Both the position numbers and the translations under genes were made by a program. The notes beneath the pieces were generated by a model, which did not search any database, was not told the origin of the DNA, and worked only from the letters and a program-made list of their open reading frames with translations. A stretch of 64,000 nt of DNA from Candidatus Nomurabacteria bacterium (GTDB taxonomy: Bacteria > Patescibacteriota > Saccharimonadia > Saccharimonadales > JAGQNJ01): assembly GCA_023898625.1 (NCBI GenBank), contig CP060231.1, positions 20,258 to 84,257 on the forward strand. The letters are read 5' to 3'. This document shows, piece by piece, positions 20,433 to 29,800 of this stretch; position 1 is the first letter of the stretch, and every line of letters begins with the position of its first letter.

Positions 20433-20740
20433 CATAACTTTTCCACAACTCAGCAACATCTCAGTTGACATATGTATGTAAGATACTTATGCTATAGTTA
20501 TTGTTAGATAATTAAGTCTAAAAGAACAAACATATAAAAAGGAAAACCCATCATGGCAAGAACAACTAAAGTAGTGAATAAAAGAACTACTAGTAGTAAG
20601 AATAGTAATACAAGCAAGAGTAAAGGGTTCTTTGGTAAGAGTTTTGATTTAAAGAGTAGGAAGGTACAGTTCTTTGTAGTTATTCTTATTGTAGCCATAC
20701 TTGGTGGGGGATACTTTACGTTGAAGAGTTTTGCGGCGAC
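20327..20740 (+). repeat. Leader-module repeat, copy 1 (gltX 3' end + promoter/5'UTR + leader-peptide coding)
   Basis: By direct comparison of the printed sequence, 20327-20465 = 44436-44574, 20433-20740 = 40061-40368 and 20466-20734 = 45730-45998. Confidence 0.9.
20465..20493 (+). promoter_or_regulatory. Sigma70-type promoter candidate of the leader module (present in all three identical copies)
   Basis: TTGACA (20465-20470), a 17-nt spacer and TATGCT (20488-20493), about 60 nt upstream of the ATG. AAGGAAA RBS lies ~9 nt before the ATG. Confidence 0.5.
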
Positions 20741-21254
20741 GACTATTACTGATACTTATACAGTAGCTAACAGAAGACTAAGAAGCGTAAATCTTTCAGA
20801 ATCATTTAGTAGAAATTGCTATGGGAAAATAGTTACTGAACAAGACAAGAATGGAACTCAATCAATTGGTTTAGTTTGCTCGGCAGGAAGCACAGCTTCA
20901 AGATACTCAGTCTCTGCAGTATCGGAAGGTGTCAAATTATTGTCATCCTCAACTCCAAATTACCGATATTGTGCTGCAACTAAGGGCGTTGCTCCTACCT
21001 TGACATTTCAACCAAGATATCAAGATTTATCTGGTGCAACAAATGAAGTTAGGATCACGAATTTTAACTCTGGAGGCTTTACGCCAGTTTGTACAAACTG
21101 GTTTAGTTTTTCCTCTCGAAAAAATCAAAACATATCTGCTTACTTAACAGTAAGTGGTAGTCAAACATCCCAAGCCTTAATATCCGTTAGCAACATCACC
21201 TTAGAAACACAGCCAGTAAATGTACCTACATCACCCGCTCCTACAGGAAAATAA
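20553..21254 (+). CDS. Secreted protein, conserved-leader family member A
   Basis: The N-terminal 63 aa are identical to member C. The hydrophobic helix FFVVILIVAILGGGYF is followed by SFA|A. The unique ~150-aa Cys-containing body ends ISVSNITLETQP plus a Pro-rich tail. Confidence 0.75.
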   Translation: MARTTKVVNKRTTSSKNSNTSKSKGFFGKSFDLKSRKVQFFVVILIVAILGGGYFTLKSFAATTITDTYTVANRRLRSVNLSESFSRNCYGKIVTEQDKNGTQSIGLVCSAGSTASRYSVSAVSEGVKLLSSSTPNYRYCAATKGVAPTLTFQPRYQDLSGATNEVRITNFNSGGFTPVCTNWFSFSSRKNQNISAYLTVSGSQTSQALISVSNITLETQPVNVPTSPAPTGK

Positions 21255-21294
21255 AAAAATAATCTAAATAAAAAATATAGAAAGGAAACCTATC

Positions 21295-21911
21295 ATGGCC
21301 AAAACAACAAAAGTAGTAAATAAAAAAGTACTGTTAGTAAGAATAGCAATACAAACAATGGTAAAGGGTTCTTTGGTAAGAGTTTTGATTTAAAGAGTAG
21401 GAAGGTACAGTTCTTTGTAGTTATTCTTATTGTAGCCATACTTGGTGGGGGATACTTTACTTTTAAGAGTTTTGCAGCGACTGTAGCATATAGCTATAGT
21501 CCAGTGAACAACACGTTAGTCTGTAAGGAAAAGTGTAAAAAAGTAAATGACACTGGTATTGCTAAAAATAGCACTACAGTATTAAGTATTACATCTTTAG
21601 GAAAAGTTGCAGGAAGTTCAAATGCCTACATGGTTGGAGGTGATAAATATCAAACATGTATAGTTGTTAAGGCTCAGGATAACTTATCATATCTTGAAGT
21701 ACAACCATTTGGCGAAAAACCAAACTTGATCGGGCTGTCATCAGCCAATAATACATACCAAAAAGCATGTACTCCACCATGGACAAACTCAACAACTAGA
21801 TATAGAAGTGTTAGTATTTCTGGTGTAAACAGAGGCAAAACACCAATATTAATAGAAAACGTAACCATAGAGAGAGTTACGTTCAACGCAAATGCACCTG
21901 CCCCCAAGTAG
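21295..21911 (+). pseudogene. Conserved-leader family member B, frameshifted in the leader
   Basis: A diverged copy of the RBS and leader starts at ATG 21295 (MAKTTKVVNKK...). It is 1 nt shorter than the intact leader in the Ser/Thr/Asn-rich part, giving a stop at ~21389. The leader sequence resumes in the frame of ORF 21504-21911 (..GFFGKSFDLKSRKVQFFVVILIVAILGGGYFTFKSFAAT..). Confidence 0.7.
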
Positions 21912-22006
21912 TAAATATTCATTTGGGCATTAAATATTGCTAGCTTGAAGTCAATATAATTTTGTATCGTACGCGACATAAAGTACCAAAAATACAACGA
22001 AGTATT

Positions 22007-24631
22007 TCAGCGTAATTGGATAGTCCCGTCACCAACAATATGGCCATCTGAAGAAAGATTTTTTGACCCTGAATCTGAATTATTGAGTTCTTGATCAACT
22101 TTGGTTGACTCTGACTTATTTGTATCTTTGTTTGCCGTGTTGCCACCATTTATCACCGGGCTATCACTGGTTTTTTTTCGTCGTCTAGTTCGTTTGCGCT
22201 TCTTTTTTATAGGTTCCGCGCTTGTCAGGGCTGGAACCACAACCGAGCCTAGTGTTTCGCTGGTCGATTTGATAGATTTTGACACTTTAGGAGTTGATTC
22301 AGTCTCATAATTTACTGTTTGTGGTGGGCTAATAGGTTCTTTGTTTACTGTTGGTTTATGTTTCGATGTTGGCTTAACATATCTATCTTGAACATACTCT
22401 TCTATATCTCGAAGGGGTACCGAATAGGTTTGTCTAGAATAATCAATGATCTCTTGTAAGTTATTACTTCCTGTTTGAGGAGGCAAATTTAGAGAAGTAC
22501 CAGAAAACGCCTGAGCTTTCTCACCACCAATAGTCAAGCTAATCACGAAATTTCTGTTATTCATATGTACCAAATCATGTTCTTCAAATCGTGGCTCAAA
22601 ATAGCGTTGCATCACCCTTGCGTCATCTGCGCCCATCCTGAAGGCAATAGTGGAACCAACGTTACCAAAAACAGCGTCACGAACTTCTTGAGTCATTTGT
22701 GCAATATATTGATTTGCAACGGTTAGACACAGGCCATACTTACGCGCTTCAGACAAGATTGTAGCAAATGAGTCAGTTGCAAAATTTTGAAACTCATCCA
22801 CATATAGATAGAATGGAACTCTGTTTACTACATTATCAATATCTGCACGACTCATGGCGGCAAGCTGTATTTTTGTAACCAAAAGTGAACCCAACAATGC
22901 TGCGTTGTCCTCGCCAACTAAGCCACGAGATAGATTGACAATCAGTATCTTACGTTTATCCATTATCTCTCGAATATTGAAACTACTCTTAGGCTGCCCG
23001 ACAATATTTCGAACAATTGGATTGGCAGTGAAAGCCCCCACCTTGTTAAGTATTGGGGCAACGGCCTCTGTGGCAAATTTATCATTCCAACTGGCGAATT
23101 CTACTGTCCAAAAGTTCTTAACAACCGGATCTTTGACGTAACTTAAAACATCATTTCTGAATGTTTTTTCGGTTAACATTCTAGTAACGTCAAGCATTGT
23201 CGAATCTGGATAATCAAGAAGTGCTAGTAGTGTATACCTAAGAATATACTCCAAACGTGGGCCCCAAGAGTCAAACATTCGCTTCAACACACCAATAAGC
23301 TCAGATGCAGTATGAGTTTTTAGGTTTGGGTCGTTAACCTCCATTGGGTTAAATGCAATAGGGAAGGCAGTATCTGCTGGATTAAAATAAACTACATCAT
23401 TAATTCTAGATTCTGGGATACGTCTCAAGGTATTGATTGCATAGTCGCCATGAGGATCAATCACTGCAAATCCATATGTACTATGAATGTCAGAAATAGT
23501 TAATAACTCAAGTAGCCCAGATTTTCCAACTCCGGTTTGACCAATAATATACAGGTGTCGACCTCTATCGCTCCTAGGCAATCCAAAACTAGTATCTCCG
23601 CCACGAAAATTTGTTACCGCAATAGGACTAACTTGAGCCGGGTCATAACCCTCTGGTGATATGATTGGCAAATTAGCTGGTGGCTCGGCTGTACGTGCCG
23701 ATGCCCATTGCAAAAATGGAGTTTCAACATTTGTGTGCGGAAGGTGAAACAAACTGGCTATCTCTTCGATATTGCAAGCAAAACCAAGCCCCGTAAATGA
23801 ACGGTTACTCAAAATATTGCTACCAGTCGTAAAACTGTGCACTTTTTTTGTGGTAAAACCATTAAGGTTGTTTGAATTAAATTGTTTGAAACTTGCTACT
23901 ATGGCCTGTAAACGCATATTTGCTTCTGTTTCGCTTACGTTTCCTTCGTAAATAACCCTGATCTTAGTCTCATAGGCCAGTTTTTGGCTTTTCTCTTCAG
24001 ATGCCTTTATGCGTGATTGATCAATCGGACTAAGTTGTTTCGAGGGAGACTCATCTACGCCATTAATCAACGCACGAGCCAAACCACCAAAGGAGCTACC
24101 ATTCTGAAGGTTATTTGCATATTTTTGAGCCTTAGAATACCAACTGCTAAAAATAGGCCGTACCAAAAACTGAATTACAGCTCTCTCGTTTTCTTCTAGT
24201 TTGGTTAAAGAAGCTGTAATAGCAGCTAAAGGGTCGACCTCAAAGCTAGGAAAAGTCTTTATTGGCAGGACATCATTGGCTTGCAAAACCACATCAGTAT
24301 ATATATGAGCACTATACTCGTTTCCGTGAGACATATAATCTTCCACTTCGGATATCTGTACTGATGGATATTGAGCATAAACCTGCTCTTCAATATAACT
24401 AACGAGATATTCTGGTAGCCATATATAAAAACCGGTTTGTTTGTGCAGTGCCGCAATCTCAAAACTAAGATGCTCGCGTGCTACTTGCCGAAAAATACCA
24501 GCCTTTTCTTTTAAAAGTAGCCCATGAATACTAGCAAACATTTGCTCAGCGGCCAGCTCCTTCTTGTCATTTGTGCGAGGAACTCGCAGGAGCAAAAGCT
24601 TCGATTGGACAATTGGGGTACTTTGTGTCAT
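22007..24631 (-). CDS. FtsK/HerA/TraD-superfamily P-loop ATPase (type IV coupling-protein-like, DUF87-like)
   Basis: 874 aa with Walker A (IIGQTGVGKSG), Walker B-like (FYLYVDEFQNF) and RKYGLCLTVANQYIAQM, typical of TraD/VirD4/HerA-like ATPases. The C-terminal tail is basic (KKKRKRTRRRKK). Confidence 0.6.
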   Translation of the reverse strand: MTQSTPIVQSKLLLLRVPRTNDKKELAAEQMFASIHGLLLKEKAGIFRQVAREHLSFEIAALHKQTGFYIWLPEYLVSYIEEQVYAQYPSVQISEVEDYMSHGNEYSAHIYTDVVLQANDVLPIKTFPSFEVDPLAAITASLTKLEENERAVIQFLVRPIFSSWYSKAQKYANNLQNGSSFGGLARALINGVDESPSKQLSPIDQSRIKASEEKSQKLAYETKIRVIYEGNVSETEANMRLQAIVASFKQFNSNNLNGFTTKKVHSFTTGSNILSNRSFTGLGFACNIEEIASLFHLPHTNVETPFLQWASARTAEPPANLPIISPEGYDPAQVSPIAVTNFRGGDTSFGLPRSDRGRHLYIIGQTGVGKSGLLELLTISDIHSTYGFAVIDPHGDYAINTLRRIPESRINDVVYFNPADTAFPIAFNPMEVNDPNLKTHTASELIGVLKRMFDSWGPRLEYILRYTLLALLDYPDSTMLDVTRMLTEKTFRNDVLSYVKDPVVKNFWTVEFASWNDKFATEAVAPILNKVGAFTANPIVRNIVGQPKSSFNIREIMDKRKILIVNLSRGLVGEDNAALLGSLLVTKIQLAAMSRADIDNVVNRVPFYLYVDEFQNFATDSFATILSEARKYGLCLTVANQYIAQMTQEVRDAVFGNVGSTIAFRMGADDARVMQRYFEPRFEEHDLVHMNNRNFVISLTIGGEKAQAFSGTSLNLPPQTGSNNLQEIIDYSRQTYSVPLRDIEEYVQDRYVKPTSKHKPTVNKEPISPPQTVNYETESTPKVSKSIKSTSETLGSVVVPALTSAEPIKKKRKRTRRRKKTSDSPVINGGNTANKDTNKSESTKVDQELNNSDSGSKNLSSDGHIVGDGTIQLR

Positions 24632-24696
24632 TTTATATATTATACTATCTTCTTATGTTTACAACAACATTTCTAAAGATATAAATCTTTGATATA

Positions 24697-25875
24697 ATGC
24701 TGGTTATGTTTAAAAAAATAAAAGAATCAAAAACTATCAGCCCCGACGTTAGTGAGTCAAGCTTTATACCGGTTAAAAAGCCGGTCGGAGTAGACTTTAG
24801 TGATGAGAAGAACTCTAAGAAGTTTACTTTCAAAAACCTAACAAAAAAGCAGAAGTTATTAGGAGGATTGTCGATTCTTCTAATTATTATACTGTCTGTG
24901 GGGGCATACTTTATGTTTTTCGACAAAAAGCCCCAACCTGCCACGCCCGTAGCACAACAACCTAAAGTTGAAGAACCACCAAAAACTACCGAACCTTCTC
25001 GGCTTACAGGTATTGAAGTACCAGTAGAATATAACCAGCGCACTGCGACTGGTATGATGATAGAAAATAGTCCTGATGCACGACCGCAATCTGGCCTTAA
25101 AGACGCTGGGGTAGTTTACGAAGCCGTAGCCGAAGGTGGTATTACTAGATTTTTAGCAATTTTCCAAGATAATCTACCAGAATACGCAGGGCCTGTACGC
25201 AGTGTTCGTCCTTATTACTTAGATTTTGTGGTACCCTATGATGCCGGAATATCGCATGTTGGTGGCAGTGGCCCAGCATTACAGCAGATACGAAACGAGG
25301 GTATTAAAGACCTCGATCAAATGATTGCATCGAATTCATCAGCATATTGGCGAGAAAGAAGTAGATATGCCCCTCATAATATGTACACTAGTGTTGTTAA
25401 ATTAAAAGAAATAGAAAAGCAAAAAGGCTGGACTAGCAAGTATGAAGGATTCGTTCGAGGCGGAGAAGACAAGGCCTCAGCAACACCTAATGCAAAAACT
25501 ATCAACATCGATATGTCTAGCGCTAATTATAGAGTCAACTACAAATACGACCCTGCCACCAACACCTATCTGCGTAGCGAAGGGGGCAGGCCTCATATGG
25601 ATGCTAAAAGCAATACCCAACTAGCACCAAAAATCGTAATTGTTCCTATTATCCATAGAACCCAATCTGGTTACTATTCTGTGTACGCTACAGTCGGCAG
25701 TGGCAAGGTGCTCGTATTCCAAAATGGCACCGTAACAGAAGGAACCTGGAGTAAGCCAGACAGAAAAACCCAAATAAAATTTAATGGTGCCGATGGACAG
25801 CCAATAAAACTCGCCCCTGGACAAACTTGGGTAACTCTAGCATCTACTGCCAGTGATGTGACATTTGCGCCATAG
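24697..25875 (+). CDS. DUF3048 (YerB-like) domain protein, membrane anchored
   Basis: N-terminal TM helix, Pro-rich linker, then MIENSPDARPQSGLKDAGVVYEAVAEGGITRFLAIFQ, which is characteristic of DUF3048. Confidence 0.7.
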   Translation: MLVMFKKIKESKTISPDVSESSFIPVKKPVGVDFSDEKNSKKFTFKNLTKKQKLLGGLSILLIIILSVGAYFMFFDKKPQPATPVAQQPKVEEPPKTTEPSRLTGIEVPVEYNQRTATGMMIENSPDARPQSGLKDAGVVYEAVAEGGITRFLAIFQDNLPEYAGPVRSVRPYYLDFVVPYDAGISHVGGSGPALQQIRNEGIKDLDQMIASNSSAYWRERSRYAPHNMYTSVVKLKEIEKQKGWTSKYEGFVRGGEDKASATPNAKTINIDMSSANYRVNYKYDPATNTYLRSEGGRPHMDAKSNTQLAPKIVIVPIIHRTQSGYYSVYATVGSGKVLVFQNGTVTEGTWSKPDRKTQIKFNGADGQPIKLAPGQTWVTLASTASDVTFAP

Positions 25876-26032
25876 TTAAAAAATTATTGCTATAATAAAT
25901 GATAGCAATGCGCGTACTTAGTATTCGGTGCTATTTCTACTCGCAAGCTTAGTTATAGCAACGTCGTGTTGACGGGGACTACCTGGAGCGACAAAAACAA
26001 TTATAAAGCCTTAAAATAAAGGAGTTTTTGTC

Positions 26033-26365
26033 GTGAATCAAAAAAATCAACCGGGAGTAAGTATACACAGTGGTTTTCCAAACCCAGCAACAGACGACAC
26101 TATCACTAGCTTGGATATTAATAAATTAGTCATTAAGCACCCCCTAAGTACTTTTTTTATGCAAATAGAGGGAGACGAGTGGGATAGATATGGCATTTTT
26201 AGTGGAGATATAGCTATAATTGATCGCTCCCTAAAGCTACATCAAACCGACTTAGTAGCTTATTGGTCGGAATCGTGCTTTATTATAGCCAAAGCACACA
26301 ATTTACCAATCGATACAGCCATTTGGGGAGTTGTATCAACCATAATACATAGGTATCGACCATGA
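26033..26365 (+). CDS. UmuD'-like S24-fold protein lacking the catalytic serine
   Basis: GTG start with AGGAG upstream. It is colinear with E. coli UmuD from GFPSPA onward (GFPNPATDD...LDINKLVIKHPLSTFFMQIEGDEW...GDIAIIDRS...FIIAKAH...IWGVVSTIIH). GDSM is replaced by GDEW, while the Lys position (AKA) is retained. Confidence 0.7.
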   Translation: MNQKNQPGVSIHSGFPNPATDDTITSLDINKLVIKHPLSTFFMQIEGDEWDRYGIFSGDIAIIDRSLKLHQTDLVAYWSESCFIIAKAHNLPIDTAIWGVVSTIIHRYRP

Positions 26366-27654
26366 GCAATTCAACATTTGCATTAGTTGATTGCAATAAC
26401 TTTTTTGTTAGTTGCCTGCGGTTATTTCGCCCAGACCTAGAAGGAAAACCTGTTGTGGCATTATCCAGTAACGATGGTTGCGTAGTAGCCAGAAGTAATG
26501 AGGCTAAAGAATTAGGTATCCCTATGGGGGCGCCAGCCTTTAAGTGGCGTCAATTCTTTAAGCACCATGATGTAGTGCAAATGTCTGGTAATTTTGAACT
26601 GTACAGTGATATCTCGCGCCGTATTATTAGCCTACTAACCTCTATAACACCACACGTTGAAGTATATTCGGTTGACGAGTCTTTTCTGGATTTGAGTGAA
26701 CTATTGATAGGTAATCATACCCTATGGGGTAGAGAAATTGCAAAACTAACCAAGCAATGGATAGGCGTACCCGTCTCTGTCGGCATAGCGCCCAGCAAAA
26801 CCCTAGCTAAGCTCGCAACACATCAAGCCAAGAAAAACCCCGAACTACAAGGAGTACTAGATTGGATTAACTTAAGTACCGAAAACCAGCAAAAATACCT
26901 AAAACAAACTCTTGTTAGTGATGTTTGGGGTGTTGGCAGACAATTTGCAGTACGCTTACGCTCAGCAGGAATCAATACAGCTTTTGACCTCTCTACAATG
27001 CGCCCAGCATACGCCCAAAAACTACTTGGAATCCATGGCAGACAATTAGTCGCCGAGCTTAACGGCATATCATGCCACCCACTACAAAAACTACCAAAAC
27101 CCGCCAAAACCATCGCTGTCACTAGAACTTTTGGCCAAGACACAAATAGGTTTCATGTAATCGAATCGGCTCTAGCTAGCTTTACAACAAAGGCTAGTTA
27201 TCGACTACGCGTCAATAATCAACTAACGAGTGAGGTAGGTTTTTTTATCACCACCAGTAGATTCAAGCCAGGATATATAAGCCAAACTGCTAAGATCTGC
27301 CTTGATCAACCGACAGCAGATACGGGGATGCTGATAAACGCAGTAATAAATTCTTTCAAAAAATATTTCAATCCCAAACACAATTATCACAGGGCAGGGG
27401 TTTGGCTAGAAAACCTATCGCCATCAAACAATATTCAAGTTAATCTTCTAGACCAGGATGGTACCGTAAATCAGTGTAAGGAGAGCCGCCGTATGCAAGC
27501 CGTAGACAATATCAACAAACGCTTCGGCAAGAACTCCGTGTATTATGCCAGTGAGCTATTAAACACAAGCTGGCAACCAAAGCACAGTATTGATACCCCA
27601 CGCTACACTACCAGGTGGAATGAGTTACCTAAATTACATTCAAGCAAAAAATAA
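26362..27654 (+). CDS. umuC: Y-family DNA polymerase, UmuC-like (Pol V catalytic subunit-like)
   Basis: FALVDCNNFFVSCLRLFRPDLEGKPVVALSSNDGCVVARSNEAKELGIPMGAP closely parallels the UmuC N-terminus. SVDESFLD is present. A 4-nt overlap with the upstream umuD-like gene indicates an operon. Confidence 0.85.
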   Translation: MSNSTFALVDCNNFFVSCLRLFRPDLEGKPVVALSSNDGCVVARSNEAKELGIPMGAPAFKWRQFFKHHDVVQMSGNFELYSDISRRIISLLTSITPHVEVYSVDESFLDLSELLIGNHTLWGREIAKLTKQWIGVPVSVGIAPSKTLAKLATHQAKKNPELQGVLDWINLSTENQQKYLKQTLVSDVWGVGRQFAVRLRSAGINTAFDLSTMRPAYAQKLLGIHGRQLVAELNGISCHPLQKLPKPAKTIAVTRTFGQDTNRFHVIESALASFTTKASYRLRVNNQLTSEVGFFITTSRFKPGYISQTAKICLDQPTADTGMLINAVINSFKKYFNPKHNYHRAGVWLENLSPSNNIQVNLLDQDGTVNQCKESRRMQAVDNINKRFGKNSVYYASELLNTSWQPKHSIDTPRYTTRWNELPKLHSSKK

Positions 27655-27719
27655 TCTATAGCTATCGCCTGTTGTAAATAACACCTCCTTAAATTGTTGC
27701 TTATTCTTATAGGTCTGGA

Positions 27720-29704
27720 TATCATAAAACCATTAGCGTAATTTAACAAGTCGTTGACGTGGAAACATCAATATAAAACTAAATAAGATCTATCTAATAA
27801 GTTAAATAGGTTCTTATATATAAATAAGAATTTATATATAAAACATAAATAGATACATATACAAACAAGGAGAATAAAACAAATGGTCAAAAACAATCGT
27901 TATCATACTAGATACACTAGTAGTAACAATACAAACAATAGAACAAGTATTATACCCCTAGCTAAAGAACTAGGCTTTGCTCTATTTTTACTAGCTACAG
28001 TACTAATCTTTAGCCCTAAGTCAGCTGATGCTGCTACCTTTAACGTAGCTACTGGGTCTAGCGCGACAAATGCTGACTCCATCTGTCAGCTAGAAGAAGC
28101 CATTGCTAACATTAACGACGGCACAAGAACAAATGCAGACTGTATCGAAACCGGAGCCTATGGCACCGACGATACCATCAACCTGCCTGTTGGGACTATC
28201 GACGGGTCACTATCTGGTTCGGGTCTGGCGCTACTAAACAACTCTACCAAAATCATTGGTCAAGGCAGAGGAGTGTCGGTTGTGGACGATCTTGCTATCG
28301 GCTTATTTGGCAATGGTACAGGTGTTTTGGAAGTAAGTAACCTTACTATGACGGGTGGCGGCGAAGGGGTTGGTATCGGTGGCATAGAAGCAGATGTAAC
28401 AGTAAATAATGTAGATATTGATCTTGAAGGCACAGGAACGACGGCTATTTATACAGAGAATTCTAACCTAACTGTTCGGGACAGCTATCTGCATAATAGC
28501 GATATGAGTGGCTCGGGCATGAGTTTGATGGTAGCCACCGTCATGGGGGGGAGTGGCAGCCGAACGGTAAATATTGATCGCACGACCTTTGCAGATGGAC
28601 CAGCAGGTCTTATGATCCAGGCCGGCTCAGGATTTACACTAAATGCTAATGTCAAAAACTCGACCTTCACGGATTTGCATGGCGATGCAAATTCAATGTA
28701 TCAAAGTGGAGCAGGAATAGGCTTATTTTTGGGCAATAATGCTAGTAACCAAATCAACTACATCACCATCAACAATACCTTCAGTAACATAACTAATACT
28801 GTTGCCGGTTCATATCCAGCAACGGCTATTTTTGAATACGCAGAAGATGGCACCATCACCCACACCGCCCAAAACGATCTCTATACTGTAGGAGATGGCA
28901 CAGCTAATGCAGTGAACTACTATAGATACACAGGCTCTGGCTCTGGTACTCCAACGTTCACCATTAATAGCAACGGCGGTAATATCTCTAGCGACAATAG
29001 CTTCAGCACCTATCTAACTCAGTCCTCTGACAAACACAATCAAACTAGTTTGGCTTCCTTCCTGGGAGTACTCACCGACAATGGTGGAGAAGTACCAACT
29101 CTAGCCCTACAAGAAGGTTCCCCAGCTATTAATGCTGGTACAACTGTATCTGGTATGACAACAGATGCTAGAGGAGTAGCTCGCCCACAAGGTGGAGCCT
29201 TTGATGCAGGAGCCTACGAACTAGCAATGTCTAATCCAGACCCAGATCCTGAATCAGGTAGCTCAGCAGTCATCAACAATCCTAATGGCTCTGGTACTAT
29301 ATCACTAACTGGTAACCCTACTATCCCTAAACGTCCAACCTTCTCTGGAACAACTACACCTAACTCTACTGTCTCAGTAACTGTACACTCAGACCCAGTA
29401 GTCTGTACTGCTACAGCAGATAGTTCTGGTAACTGGAGCTGTACTCTACCTAGTGATCTAGCACCCGGTACTCATACTGTAACCATACAAATCACTAAAC
29501 CAGATAGTTCCACGGAAACCTTAGGGCCATACAGTGTAGTAGTAACTGAAGGACAAGCTACAACCATAACCAGCAATGACAAACTAGCCAATACCGGACA
29601 AAACACTATTGCTGTAGCCCTAGTAGGTAGCCTATTAGTCTTAGCTACTAGTACCCTAGCTATCCTTAAGAAATTCAAAAGACAGAAGAAGTTTGTTGGG
29701 TAGA
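27720..29704 (+). repeat. Mosaic direct repeat, copy 1 (upstream region + surface-protein gene)
   Basis: Identical blocks against 32290-34269 are upstream plus the first ~100 nt of CDS, ~28506-28663 and 28846-29704 (offset 4565). More or less diverged blocks lie between them. Confidence 0.85.
27883..29703 (+). CDS. LAXTG-anchored surface protein: CSLREA-like N-terminal motif, beta-helix/choice-of-anchor-Q-like region, Ig-like domain
   Basis: Signal/anchor LFLLATVLIFSPKSADA|A; CQLEEAIANINDG (CSLREA-like); TDARGVARPQGGAFDAGAYE (choice-of-anchor Q-like). The Ig-like segment is TFSGTTTPNSTVSVTVHSDPVVCTATADSSGNWSC. The C-terminus has LANTG, a hydrophobic helix and KKFKRQKK. Confidence 0.8.
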   Translation: MVKNNRYHTRYTSSNNTNNRTSIIPLAKELGFALFLLATVLIFSPKSADAATFNVATGSSATNADSICQLEEAIANINDGTRTNADCIETGAYGTDDTINLPVGTIDGSLSGSGLALLNNSTKIIGQGRGVSVVDDLAIGLFGNGTGVLEVSNLTMTGGGEGVGIGGIEADVTVNNVDIDLEGTGTTAIYTENSNLTVRDSYLHNSDMSGSGMSLMVATVMGGSGSRTVNIDRTTFADGPAGLMIQAGSGFTLNANVKNSTFTDLHGDANSMYQSGAGIGLFLGNNASNQINYITINNTFSNITNTVAGSYPATAIFEYAEDGTITHTAQNDLYTVGDGTANAVNYYRYTGSGSGTPTFTINSNGGNISSDNSFSTYLTQSSDKHNQTSLASFLGVLTDNGGEVPTLALQEGSPAINAGTTVSGMTTDARGVARPQGGAFDAGAYELAMSNPDPDPESGSSAVINNPNGSGTISLTGNPTIPKRPTFSGTTTPNSTVSVTVHSDPVVCTATADSSGNWSCTLPSDLAPGTHTVTIQITKPDSSTETLGPYSVVVTEGQATTITSNDKLANTGQNTIAVALVGSLLVLATSTLAILKKFKRQKKFVG

Positions 29705-29800
29705 TATACCTCTACACTAGTACATAAAAGTAAGACATACCTCTTTTCAACAACAGAACAATGCTTCAAGTAGTATGGGTTTTATTGTAGAATATAACTA

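Noticed and set aside
20504-20698. 64-107-aa hydrophobic ORFs antisense to the conserved leader (20504-20698, 40132-40326, 45768-46091), identical in three copies
   Set aside because: Their conservation is a by-product of the identical sense-strand leader module. They have a low-complexity Leu/Val composition from reading the AAG/AGT-rich leader backwards, and no RBS or promoter. I treat them as spurious.
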